From NCBI GenBank assembly GCA_031292075.1, contig JARLHW010000214.1:1634-65633 (forward strand): 64,000 bases of DNA, given 5' to 3'. Under the pieces are notes generated by a model. That model did no database searches, had not been told where the DNA came from, and saw nothing but the letters and a program-made list of their open reading frames with translations. The stretch comes from Desulfosporosinus sp. (GTDB lineage: Bacteria > Bacillota > Desulfitobacteriia > Desulfitobacteriales > Desulfitobacteriaceae). Both the position numbers and the translations under genes were made by a program. This document shows, piece by piece, positions 1-9,396 of the stretch. Position 1 is the first letter of the stretch, and each line of letters opens with the position of its first letter.

Positions 1-673
1 GCTACGAAGTGTGGCACTGGGGTGGTTGGTACTGGGTAGGGTGACAGGAAAATTAGTACTACTACACAGTCATCGCATTTGACAGGTAGTTAAGTCAATA
101 ATATTCTGTAATGTACAGTAACAAAGGGATTGGGAGGATTGGTACTTGTTATTTGCCCTTTAAGAGAAGGGCTAATTGGAGGAGCGGGAACGTAGAAGTA
201 CATCTAATATGACCGCTTACCTTAATTTGGCAGTACGTCCGCGTGGAGTACGAGTAAATGTGAAAATTGAGAACAAGAATAGGACAAAACTAGCGATTGA
301 TAATTTCAGTAAAAAAAATGCAGAGTCGGTATGAGCCTTGTAATCAAATAGAGCTCGGTTATATGACAGAACTGTTTCACTGTTAATCTCAATTTTCCAT
401 ATCTTCCTCAAGGGATTATCAGCATATAGCCACAAATATGAAACAGGTTTATTTTTCATCAATTCAACTAGGGGGAAAATATCGTAAGGATGGTTGAAAT
501 TATCAGTAAGCTCTGAGTATCCATCAGTGCCCACAGGCATGTGAAAGTTAATTAAAATGTGTTGCTTCAGTTGGAAATGGAGAATCCGTTAGCTTGAGTT
601 AGTTGGTTGAATCCTTCAGTCCCTATCATTTATATCTACCCCAACCGTGGGATTACCATCTTGGGTAGCCCCA

Positions 674-1711
674 TCAGGCCCCAGCTCCGAGAATGGGCCC
701 CTCATGAATGCTCGTCGGAGGAGATGGGGGTTGAGGGGGCGGGTTGCCACCGCTAGTTTTTTTAAAGCCGTAAGCAGCATGCCTTCTTTCTTTTCGTAAT
801 CGGCGGGCCGCTTCCAGCTTGTCATCCCGATCTTTGAAAATCTGAATATCCAGACCTTGCAGCTTGTCCACTGGGGCAATATACCCGATGGCGCTGTTCA
901 ATCGTATGCTGTTATAGTATCCGACATATTTTTTCACTACTTGCTGCGCATCTTCAAGGCTCAGCAGTACTCCAAGCCGAATACATTCCTGTTTTAAGGT
1001 GCCATGCCATCTCTCAATCTTGCCATTGCTCTGTGGATAATACGGGGATGTCCTGACATGGGTCATTCCCGATATCCTGATGAATTCCTTGAAGTCCTTG
1101 GCAATAAATTGCGGGCCGTTATCCGATATTATCCGAGGCTTGGCATCAGGATATCTTTCCTTGGCTCTTTGCAGGATTATCTCAATAGCGCCTTCCGTCA
1201 TCGACTCCCTAAGCTCCCCGTGCACAATGTATCGACTGCATCCGTCCAGGATACTGCACAGGTAATAAAATGTGCCGCAAATATTGATATGGGAAACATC
1301 AATATGCCAATGTTCATGCGGCCTGAGCGGTTGCTGGAACCCCGTACCCTTTCTCGTTGCCTTGTTGTTCCACCTTTTCAATAATCCGGCATCGCTCAAA
1401 ACCCGGTAAGTTGAACTGGGACTGACCGCCACGATGTCTTTATCCAGCATCATGAAGGTCAAACGTCGATAACCTTCCAAGGGGTTTTGCTGGTGAAAAT
1501 CGATAATTGCCCGTTTTTCCCAGTCTTCAAGCCAGAAATCGCGGGGAATTAGGCTATTATGCTCATTGGCCTTGCCGTAGCGTTCCTGCCAGCTGTAATA
1601 CTTGCTCCCGGAGATCCGGAGCCAGGAGATGAAACGTGTTCCTGGAATTTCCGTCTTCTTTCCCCAGGAACGAACAAAGTCGACGATCAGATCCCGCACA
1701 TCATGAGGCAC
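674..1711 (-). CDS. IS3 transposase OrfB (DDE/rve integrase core)
   Basis: WHIDVS, ISDNGPQF and PQSNGKIERW motifs; probably fused to OrfA by -1 frameshift. Confidence 0.95.
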   Translation of the reverse strand: MPHDVRDLIVDFVRSWGKKTEIPGTRFISWLRISGSKYYSWQERYGKANEHNSLIPRDFWLEDWEKRAIIDFHQQNPLEGYRRLTFMMLDKDIVAVSPSSTYRVLSDAGLLKRWNNKATRKGTGFQQPLRPHEHWHIDVSHINICGTFYYLCSILDGCSRYIVHGELRESMTEGAIEIILQRAKERYPDAKPRIISDNGPQFIAKDFKEFIRISGMTHVRTSPYYPQSNGKIERWHGTLKQECIRLGVLLSLEDAQQVVKKYVGYYNSIRLNSAIGYIAPVDKLQGLDIQIFKDRDDKLEAARRLRKERRHAAYGFKKTSGGNPPPQPPSPPTSIHEGPILGAGA

Positions 1712-1722
1712 CCAGACGCCTT

Positions 1723-2031
1723 TCAGATCTCCCCAAGATTTTTTTTTAATTTCACATGTTCTTCCATGAGTTCGGAAAGAACCTCATGTTTCCTTTGCAG
1801 CTTTTGCTCAAGCACCTTTATTCGTTCGGCATCTTTACGTTTCTGGGCAGAAGGATCTTTCTCAAAAGCTGCCGCTCCATGCTCGAAAAAATCCTTCTGC
1901 CAGCGGTAAAAAACCGTAGGATGCAGACTATATTCATCACACAAGTCGGACACCGGAACTCGGTCGACCAGATGACGTTTTAAGATGATAACTTTTTCTT
2001 CAGGGGTATAATTCTTTCGTTTCCTTTTCAT
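1723..2031 (-). CDS. IS3 transposase OrfA (HTH)
   Basis: RKNYTPEEK...VFYRWQK HTH followed by a coiled coil. Confidence 0.93.
   Translation of the reverse strand: MKRKRKNYTPEEKVIILKRHLVDRVPVSDLCDEYSLHPTVFYRWQKDFFEHGAAAFEKDPSAQKRKDAERIKVLEQKLQRKHEVLSELMEEHVKLKKNLGEI
1739..1747 (-). other. Programmed -1 frameshift slippery site (A9)
   Basis: Run of 9 A on the minus strand at the orfA/orfB junction, typical of IS3. Confidence 0.8.
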
Positions 2032-2426
2032 GCTGTTTTCCTCCGCTTGAGTATGTTAACTCAAACGCGGGAAAACTCCAATTTCCGCTGAACCAAGACA
2101 AAAATGCCATTCCGAATCTTCGTTGTATCCATCATATATGGTCCAGTGCGGATAAGTTGATCTTCCCTCGGAATAATTGAATCTCCAAGCCGGTAGCTGA
2201 CAAAATAATCAGAGCGCATCGCAGAGGTGCATATTCCAGCCACAGCAAAAAGAATAAACAAATGTCCTGATGGCTTCATTCGCCATAACGGGATTGTTTG
2301 AATTTCAAAACCTAATAATGTCATAATCGTCCTATCAGTTATCTCAATCTTGATTCTAATCTGACACACACCGGTTTTTTTTATACAGGGGTAGGTGATC
2401 ATGTCAGATTAGTAATACAATAAATA

Positions 2427-2609
2427 TTAGGTTGTTGTTCTATCCTTATGCCTAACGGTAAATGCCCCGAGCCCACATATCTCGATATTCTCACCCTTCT
2501 CTAGATTTTCACTAATACTGTTAATGATGGTATTGACGATGCCTGAACCTATTGCTACAGAAACGTTCATATCTTTGGATAAGGCCTCTACCAATTCTGA
2601 TTTATTCAT
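2427..2609 (-). pseudogene. HU/IHF-family DNA-binding protein, C-terminally truncated
   Basis: MNKSELVEAL...GENIEICGLGAFTVR matches the HU/IHF N-terminus but stops at ~60 aa, before the RNP arm and final helix. Confidence 0.75.
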
Positions 2610-2674
2610 ATTATTCACCGTCGGATTTTACGAAATAAGCGTGGCTTTTTAGATCGATTCAGTACAGTGCTACA

Positions 2675-4357
2675 CTATATGCCGGGGTGTCCCGTGGCCA
2701 ATCTACTTGATTCAAGAGCTAGATTCGCTTCTCGGATTTTGATCATTGCTGCAGACACGTCTCGAACTATTACCTTAGCCTGCGGACTGGAGACTTCACC
2801 TCGGGTATGTGCGATACGGTTTCTCACATTAGCGTGAGCCCTAATTTGGTGAAACTCCTCTTGGGAAAGTACCTCTTTCGAACGAGCATACTCGAGCATC
2901 ATAGTCAGAGATGAACGATTAGAGAATGCATTCATACCTGAAGATTCAAAGAAGTGACGTAGATCATGTTCTAGGAGTGAGAAGGCAGCGATCACTGCTG
3001 CACGGTATTCCTTCTTGGCCACAAGTCGGTTTGGCTCTTCCTCAAGCGTGGGTGAAATCCGAGAGAAGGCATCCGCGAAAGCCGATTCAATAATTTTGAT
3101 AAAAATCGGTGACTCATCATCCATCGATCGTGGCTTGCGAATCACAAGGTGGTTTGCGATATCAAAAGGAATGCTAGCCTGGTCTTCGGCAATAAGTATG
3201 AGGGGTTTTGCCATTCCTTCCCTTGACAAAACCATACCGACTTCAAGTATCGTATTCTGTGAGCTCAAGTCGGCAACCACAATAGCCGACTTTTCAATAA
3301 GAGCATAGACTTTGGCCATAATGTTGTCACCAGGGGCAACAACATCAGCTGCCATTATCGGACTAAAGCCATAACGCTCTGCTATGGGGTAGATACGGGA
3401 TTTATATATAGCAGCATACCGCATTGGTACAGAGAAGAATGCAAGACGACTTTGTGCGCTTGGTGGAAGGGACAGTTCTGCTTGGGGCTCTGGCTCTGTC
3501 GCTGTACTGAGTGAAATTATCTTCGAAGACCAATATTCGAGCAGTTCTTTGAAAACAATTTCAAGAGACTCACCGTAAGAACGAGTTGATGTTTTCGGGA
3601 GGTTAATGACTTTTACCCCACGGCGTTCATATCGGGCAACGGTGTGAGATGCCGCACCAATCTGCAGTACGTAAGCTGGGCGCCGTAGAACACCAAGCCG
3701 TTCCTTAACCACTTGCCAGATTTGCCGAAAGTCAGGATCGTCTAGACTATAGCCAATGAAAAACGCTGTGTGATCTATTAGTAAGCTAGAAAGATGCGTC
3801 GCGAGGAGTGGAAGTCTTGTCAGAAACGTGTCATAATCCTCTTCAGTTACGACAAGCCGATTAGGGTGGTGTAAATCCCCATGCAGTTTGAGCAGCCTAA
3901 CACCTGCTTGGGAATTCCCAACCGCGAGTTGGTCTTCTGAGATAAGGGGAATGCAGTACTTGCTGATTCGAGCGTAACCCTGTTCAAGAAGGAAGTCGAA
4001 GTTGGTCGTAACCACACGCTCAAAAGGAAGTCTGCAAAACTCCTCGTGCGGTTTTGCGGGCTGGATTGTTGTAATCAGAAGCGCCGACGAAAGGAATTCA
4101 ACGAGCTTAACTCGAGAAAACTCGTGCGAATAAGCTGATAATGCTTCTAAAGCTGTCGTATATTGATACTCAGGTAACGTCGCCGCAACCTTTTTTCCGA
4201 GGCCATCCCAGTCGAGCATTTTCTTGCCTTTCGGGATTTTGGCATTGAGGGAGAAACCCGCTCCGATGAACGGCAGGCACCGTCCTTGGACTATATCTTC
4301 AAGAAACGGCCCAGGGAAATGGCCAAGGAAATCAGGCAACGGTGTCTCCTTTCTCAT
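2675..4357 (-). CDS. SIR2-like domain + NDT/TIR-like domain + HEPN-like domain protein (candidate defence effector)
   Basis: FIGAGFS, TTNFD, KLHGD, FIGYSLDD (SIR2_2); IVVADLS..N..LEVG..IPFDI (nucleoside deoxyribosyltransferase-like); helical C-terminus with RNRIAH (Rx4H). Confidence 0.8.
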   Translation of the reverse strand: MRKETPLPDFLGHFPGPFLEDIVQGRCLPFIGAGFSLNAKIPKGKKMLDWDGLGKKVAATLPEYQYTTALEALSAYSHEFSRVKLVEFLSSALLITTIQPAKPHEEFCRLPFERVVTTNFDFLLEQGYARISKYCIPLISEDQLAVGNSQAGVRLLKLHGDLHHPNRLVVTEEDYDTFLTRLPLLATHLSSLLIDHTAFFIGYSLDDPDFRQIWQVVKERLGVLRRPAYVLQIGAASHTVARYERRGVKVINLPKTSTRSYGESLEIVFKELLEYWSSKIISLSTATEPEPQAELSLPPSAQSRLAFFSVPMRYAAIYKSRIYPIAERYGFSPIMAADVVAPGDNIMAKVYALIEKSAIVVADLSSQNTILEVGMVLSREGMAKPLILIAEDQASIPFDIANHLVIRKPRSMDDESPIFIKIIESAFADAFSRISPTLEEEPNRLVAKKEYRAAVIAAFSLLEHDLRHFFESSGMNAFSNRSSLTMMLEYARSKEVLSQEEFHQIRAHANVRNRIAHTRGEVSSPQAKVIVRDVSAAMIKIREANLALESSRLATGHPGI

Positions 4358-4805
4358 TGAACAGGTGATTGAGCAGTTCTGGATACCAGAACATTTCTGA
4401 TGTTATCCAGGAAGGGATTTGTAAAGAATAAAATATATTTTTATTCTTTTGCCACTTCAAAAATTCATTTGGGATAACCACAAGAAAACTATCCAACTCT
4501 TCTCTTCACCTTTAATAGAGCCAAACCGGCGCTACAAAAGCGCTACAGTGAATCGTTATCGACAGAAGTAGATTCTCTATTCGATAGGCCCATAAAAAAA
4601 CCTTCTCACATATGCACCAAAAAGGCAAACTACTCTTTGCATTTATGCGAATTTATTTGCATTGGTATGGTTTTTCATATAACATTTCATATAAATTGAG
4701 CAGATGATCTTTTCTGTTATAATTGACTTATTGCGCATTATGCTTTTCTTGGAAAAATCTGCACAAGAAATATGTGTTAGAATCTAATTTTTGGAAATAC
4801 AGAAA

Positions 4806-4901
4806 ATGACTCAAGCAACAAACAACCTGGCAGCATATATCTGGTCTTTAGCTGACATCTTACGGGGAGATTTCAAACAGAGTCAGTATAACAACTCCTG
4901 A
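4806..4901 (+). pseudogene. hsdM: 5' stub of type I restriction-modification methyltransferase subunit M
   Basis: [28 protein letters not shown] is the characteristic HsdM N-terminus; the ORF stops after 31 aa. Confidence 0.75.
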
Positions 4902-4946
4902 CTTTGATACTGTTGAACTGAATCCACTTAAATCAAAAGGGAACTA

Positions 4947-5741
4947 ATGAATTACTTATCTGTAGATGATTTTAGGGTCAGAGGTGAAAAAACTATTTTA
5001 TATATTACTCTTTCCGTTGTTGGGGTTCTGTTTTTATTTGCGCTAGGTGTTAGCCTTGGTTTTATCATCCTTGTAGTTATTATTTCAGCAATTTGGGTTA
5101 AAATAAGGCAAGGACAACTGCTTGGTCAAGGTATAAAGGTTTCAGAGAATCAGCTATCTGAAATTTATAACACTGCAAATATTGCGGCAAAACGGCTCTG
5201 CATGTCATTACCTGATATTTTTGTCATTCAAAATCCTATGATAAATGCTTCTGCAATAGGTTTTATGGGGAAAAAATGCATTGTACTCCACTCTGCGACC
5301 GTTGAAGCCATGGGTCAAGAAGAACTTCTTGCTGTAATTGGCCATGAATTCACGCATATTAAAGCTGGGCATACTAACTGGCTTGTAATTACAAGTTCTA
5401 CTGGAAGCATCCAAATACCTATTATTTCCCAACTTACTGGGTTTATATTTTTATTTTGGTCAAGAAAGGCAGAATATACTTGTGACCGGGGGGCGGTTCT
5501 TGCAAGTCGTGATCCAAAAGCAACGGTTAATGCCTTGGCTAAAGTAGCAGTGGGAAAAGAGTTGTTCAAAAAACTAAATATTGACCATTTATTTAATCAA
5601 AAAATGAACATTGATGAAGACGAAGTATCTAAATTAGCAGAGTCATTAGCTGCGCATCCATACATAATAAATCGGATTCATGCAATTTCTAAATTTTATA
5701 AATCTCCAAAATACTCAAAGCTTTCAGCAACTGTCACCTAA
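4947..5741 (+). CDS. M48-family (HtpX-like) zinc metallopeptidase
   Basis: N-terminal TM helices, HEFTH zinc motif, SRKAEYTCDR, HP..NRI. Confidence 0.88.
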   Translation: MNYLSVDDFRVRGEKTILYITLSVVGVLFLFALGVSLGFIILVVIISAIWVKIRQGQLLGQGIKVSENQLSEIYNTANIAAKRLCMSLPDIFVIQNPMINASAIGFMGKKCIVLHSATVEAMGQEELLAVIGHEFTHIKAGHTNWLVITSSTGSIQIPIISQLTGFIFLFWSRKAEYTCDRGAVLASRDPKATVNALAKVAVGKELFKKLNIDHLFNQKMNIDEDEVSKLAESLAAHPYIINRIHAISKFYKSPKYSKLSATVT

Positions 5742-6190
5742 CCGCTAAACAGCCTTATAATGAACGCAAAAGTTTCTTAGAAGAGACTTTGTTTATTATA
5801 CCGCTTAGGGCTGAACCAAGAGGTAGTCTTTCAGTACCCCAAATCCAGAGTAGTAACAGACAGAGAGAAGAAGACGTTTGACCTTGGACTGCTTACCCGG
5901 TTGGTGCTATCGTTCTTCCATAATTATTGTACTGTAATTACCAATGAATAAACGCTACTTTCCCAAGAGTTATTACAGTCTTCTACAGTTAGGTGTTGTA
6001 ATGAATCAGCCAATCACAGAGACAGTCCAGACACAAAACAGTTGCATGGTACTGTTGATGTAATATAGTGTAATAAAATAGTATTTTGCTATATATAGTG
6101 GTAGGCATCTGTCTGGCACCATTACTCCTGTGAGATTGTAATTACAGTTCTTGGTAACCGGTGACACACACTCGTTTGTATACATAATAT

Positions 6191-6310
6191 TGGAACCAAT
6201 CGAAGAAGATTTGACAACAAAAAAGGGACCAGCCTATCAATCGACTGATCCCTTGGACTGTGCCCAAATTGTGCCCGTCAAGGTCAAATTGTTACAAACA
6301 AAACCAAACG
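6191..6310. repeat. 120-bp direct repeat, copy 1 (island-end sequence)
   Basis: Identical to 21657-21776; contains an A-tract plus hairpin and the tandem TGTGCCCAAATTGTGCCC. Confidence 0.95.
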
Positions 6311-6311
6311 G

Positions 6312-6344
6312 TGTTAATGGCAATGGAAAAGTGTACCAGTTTTG
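6312..6344. mobile_element. Probable IS21-family terminal inverted repeat remnant
   Basis: TGTTAATGGCAATGGAAAAGTGTACCA resembles IS21-type ends and begins where repeat copy 1 is cut off. Confidence 0.5.
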
Positions 6345-6470
6345 TTCATTGGGGTATCGTCCGCCAGCACCACAAGCAATCCGTTCTACAAAATTTAAAC
6401 AGCCATTTATGCCATTACAACTTCCTGAGGGACTAACTCAAAATCTGGTATATTAAACTGGGGCAGGTCA
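6345..6470 (+). mobile_element. IS3-family 3' remnant (OrfB tail and right inverted repeat)
   Basis: Encodes SLGYRPPAP, the typical end of IS3 OrfB, and ends GGGGCAGGTCA like IS407-group termini. Confidence 0.7.
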
Positions 6471-6613
6471 CAAGCCCATCTGCGGTTACTTTTGTATTTG
6501 ATCATGTGCAAGCCTAGTAAGGAGTTTTGTGGTATTTCTTGCACATTATAGCATATAAAAAGACATTTACATCTGTAATATCAAGAAATTAACTGTTTTT
6601 GAGGTTAATCTAA

Positions 6614-7036
6614 TTAACCAGCTATTCCTCCCAAAGAAATTAGATGGTATTTAAGCTTCTTATCCTCAACTTGAATATGCTGTACAAGCCAATTTTCCAT
6701 AATCGAGAGGAGTGTTGAATTCAGAATAAGTTCTCCATCTACAAGGTTTCTATAATTTTTATAGACAATATTTTCAAAATTTTTGTGCATGCGCCAGTGA
6801 ACATATGCATCAGGATAAGCAGATTCCTTCATTATTTTCTCTTCATAACCGAAATGGTAGCTGGTATAGTCTAACATTTCCTTGATGGCGGTTCTTTGAA
6901 TATCACCTAGGTTTTGATCGTTTTTAGAGAAAACTGCTTCATACAGGTGGTTGAATATTTCGATCCATTTCTGGTGTTGTTCATCAATGCGATTATGGCC
7001 AATATTCCATGAAAAATCCCATATTATTTCCCCCAT
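6614..7036 (-). CDS. Bacteriohemerythrin
   Basis: IDEQH, YHFGYEE, HWRMH, WLVQHIQVED diiron-ligand pattern. Confidence 0.92.
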   Translation of the reverse strand: MGEIIWDFSWNIGHNRIDEQHQKWIEIFNHLYEAVFSKNDQNLGDIQRTAIKEMLDYTSYHFGYEEKIMKESAYPDAYVHWRMHKNFENIVYKNYRNLVDGELILNSTLLSIMENWLVQHIQVEDKKLKYHLISLGGIAG

Positions 7037-7102
7037 ATTTTCCAACCAAAATTAATTTTTTACTTGAAGGTTCGACTAACACGTTCTCTTCATCAAGAGT
7101 AA

Positions 7103-9100
7103 TCAGACCTTAAAGCTATTAACAATAGTATTCAATTCTGTTGCCATGCGTTGCAGGTCCTCTGAGCTTGATTTCACCTCTTTGCTGTTTTTAGATATCT
7201 CCGTAGCTGCAAGATTAACTTTGGAAATATCTTTGGCGATATCAACCGCTACAGTCGAACTTTGGTTGACGTTTTCGTTAACCTCTTGGATACCCTGACT
7301 GGCTTGGGCAATGTTATTGGCAATTTCCCTTGTTGCTGCGGTTTGCTCTTCAACCGCAGTGGCAATTGATCCTACAATATCATTCACTCCGCTGATCACT
7401 TCGGAAATCTCGTTAATTTCTTTAACAGTTGAATTTGTCGTTCGTTGAACGTCATCTATCTGGCTCTTGATATTCAAAGTAGCTTGAGCAGTCTGCTTTG
7501 CGAGATCCTTAATTTCATTAGCAACAACAGCAAATCCTTTCCCGGCTTCACCTGCTCGTGCTGCTTCAATTGTTGCATTGAGGGCAAGAAGATTAGTCTG
7601 TTCAGAAATTTCGGTGATCGTCTCGGTGACCATACTAATTTTTTGCGCCGCCGACCCTAATTCTGCCATTTTCTCTGATGCACTCATAGCCTGGGTAACT
7701 GCTTTGCTTGAAACATCTCTTGCCCGCTCTGCATTCTCAGCTATTTCATTTATAGTAGAGGTCATCTCCTCAGCAGCAGAAGCAACCATATTCGTATTAG
7801 TTGCAGATTCTTCCATAGCCACAGCAACATTATTCAGATTAGCTGTCATCTCCTCAGAGGCCGTAGCCACACTTGCTGCCCGTTGAGATGTATCCTCTGC
7901 TCCAAAGGACAGTTGCCCAGCTATTGATGATAACTGATCTGATGAGATATTTACTTGTTTTGAATTTTCCGATATCAGCTTGATTATGCCTTGTAACTTT
8001 CCGATGAACGTATTGAACCAAAACCCGAGTTCACCAATTTCATCTTTTGATTTAGCGTCTAGGCGCATGGTCAAGTCACCTTCACCCTCAGCAATGTCCT
8101 TAAGGCCGTCTATCGCTCTATTTATTGGTTTGACTATCAGGCCCGCAGCATAGGTAACGGCAACAATAGTAAAAAGAAACGCCGCTGAACCAACGATCAA
8201 ACTTAGATTCCGAATAATATGCGCCGCACTTAAAAACTCAGACGAATCTTGAGTTGCTGAAACATACCAACCAGTTACTGATAAAGGAGAGAATCCCGCA
8301 ATTTTGTTTATTCCTTTAAATGTATATTCTTCAACTCCTCGTTCACCAGAAAGCATCTTCTTAACAATTGACTCCATCCCCTCAAGCTTTGATATATTAA
8401 GAGAAAGAATATTGCCGGAAACAGGATGGGAGAGTATCAGCCCGTTTTTATCTGTCATAAAGCCATATCCGGTTGCCCCTATCTTCTGCCCTGAGATGAG
8501 TTTTGTGAGAAAATCCACCTTTAAAACAAGCCCTAATGTCCCAATAAACCCCTGTTTGTCCAATTTGACAGGAACACAAACAGTGCAAATCAACTCTCCA
8601 GTTGCTTTGGAGTGGGCTATGTCACCAATTGCTGGTTTACCTGAAGTTTTCACCTCCAGAAAGTAATCACGGTCAGCGATAGAGATGCCCCTATATTCTT
8701 TTCCACCCTCTAAAGGACCGGTGATCATATTCCCTTTTGCGTCACTGATAAAGGCACCTTCATATGTCGGTCCCATACTGTCAAGTTTTTGTCGAAGGTT
8801 TTGCAAAAGACTGTCAATCTGTTCCGCCCCTTCAAGGTTACCATTCTGATTCACAATTGAAAGAACATTTACAACCTGAGGATCAGCTGCAAGTACTTCC
8901 GCAAGCTTGATTTCTTCTTGCAAAATATTATCAGCCAATCGGGCAAGATCAAAGGCAATCGTTTCTGCCTGCTTCTTAGAAAGATCCATCAACGCATTGG
9001 ATGACTTCAAAGTAGAAAGTAAACTTATGATCAGCAAAGGCAATAATACCAGTGTGATGCCTCCTGTGATGAGCTTGAATTTGATCGAAGTGGTTTTCAT
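7103..9100 (-). CDS. Methyl-accepting chemotaxis protein (dCache-HAMP-MCP signal)
   Basis: Two TM helices, Cache motif DRDYF, HAMP DEIGEL, QTNLLALNATIEAARAGEAGKGFAVVA. Start placed at ATG 9100 after an AAGGA RBS. Confidence 0.96.
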   Translation of the reverse strand: MKTTSIKFKLITGGITLVLLPLLIISLLSTLKSSNALMDLSKKQAETIAFDLARLADNILQEEIKLAEVLAADPQVVNVLSIVNQNGNLEGAEQIDSLLQNLRQKLDSMGPTYEGAFISDAKGNMITGPLEGGKEYRGISIADRDYFLEVKTSGKPAIGDIAHSKATGELICTVCVPVKLDKQGFIGTLGLVLKVDFLTKLISGQKIGATGYGFMTDKNGLILSHPVSGNILSLNISKLEGMESIVKKMLSGERGVEEYTFKGINKIAGFSPLSVTGWYVSATQDSSEFLSAAHIIRNLSLIVGSAAFLFTIVAVTYAAGLIVKPINRAIDGLKDIAEGEGDLTMRLDAKSKDEIGELGFWFNTFIGKLQGIIKLISENSKQVNISSDQLSSIAGQLSFGAEDTSQRAASVATASEEMTANLNNVAVAMEESATNTNMVASAAEEMTSTINEIAENAERARDVSSKAVTQAMSASEKMAELGSAAQKISMVTETITEISEQTNLLALNATIEAARAGEAGKGFAVVANEIKDLAKQTAQATLNIKSQIDDVQRTTNSTVKEINEISEVISGVNDIVGSIATAVEEQTAATREIANNIAQASQGIQEVNENVNQSSTVAVDIAKDISKVNLAATEISKNSKEVKSSSEDLQRMATELNTIVNSFKV

Positions 9101-9396
9101 ATTTGTTTTCCTTATGTTTGAGTTAAACATCTAACCCATTTATATAGTATTTTTGAGAGATAAACCCCTAGCCTTGAATTACATGATCCTTAGATGTCAG
9201 ATTTTTCTCATGTTACTCCCCTTGAGGCGATGCTACTGTTAAGGAAAAATGGAACTAATTTTTAATGTGAATATGAGTGGTTATATCCGTAATTCTGATA
9301 TAGAAACGGGAGTATGTTTTGCTGAATTTTTTCATTAAGAAGCCATTTTCATAAGAAATTCAACACTAATTTTTGTTTTTATATTGTTTAGTTAGA

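Larger units (their letters stand above)
558..2100 (-). mobile_element. IS3-family insertion sequence, apparently intact (1543 bp)
   Basis: Imperfect terminal inverted repeats TGTGTTGCTTCAGTTGGAAATGGAG (558) and TGTCTTGGTTCAGCGGAAATTGGAG (reverse complement, from 2100); 4-bp AAAA target duplication (554-557, 2101-2104); orfA and orfB inside. Confidence 0.95.
217..2279 (-). pseudogene. Small membrane protein gene (~171 aa) interrupted by IS3
   Basis: Removing 558-2100 plus one AAAA copy joins MKPSGHLF...KIRNGI (2279-2101) in frame to LINFH-MPVGTDG...AKLR (553-217). Hydrophobic segments at both ends. Confidence 0.8.

Noticed and set aside
5810-5821. 12-bp match (GCTGAACCAAGA) to the IS3 left end
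   Set aside because: Too short, lacks the terminal CA and any transposase context; likely chance.
6151-6456. 101-aa ORF and the similar 84-aa ORF at 21656-21910
   Set aside because: They share sequence only because they cross the 120-bp non-coding repeat; the remainder is IS scar or antisense tRNA.
7046-7105. Readthrough fusion of the MCP to hemerythrin (same frame)
   Set aside because: Two further in-frame stops (TAG, TAA) lie in the spacer.
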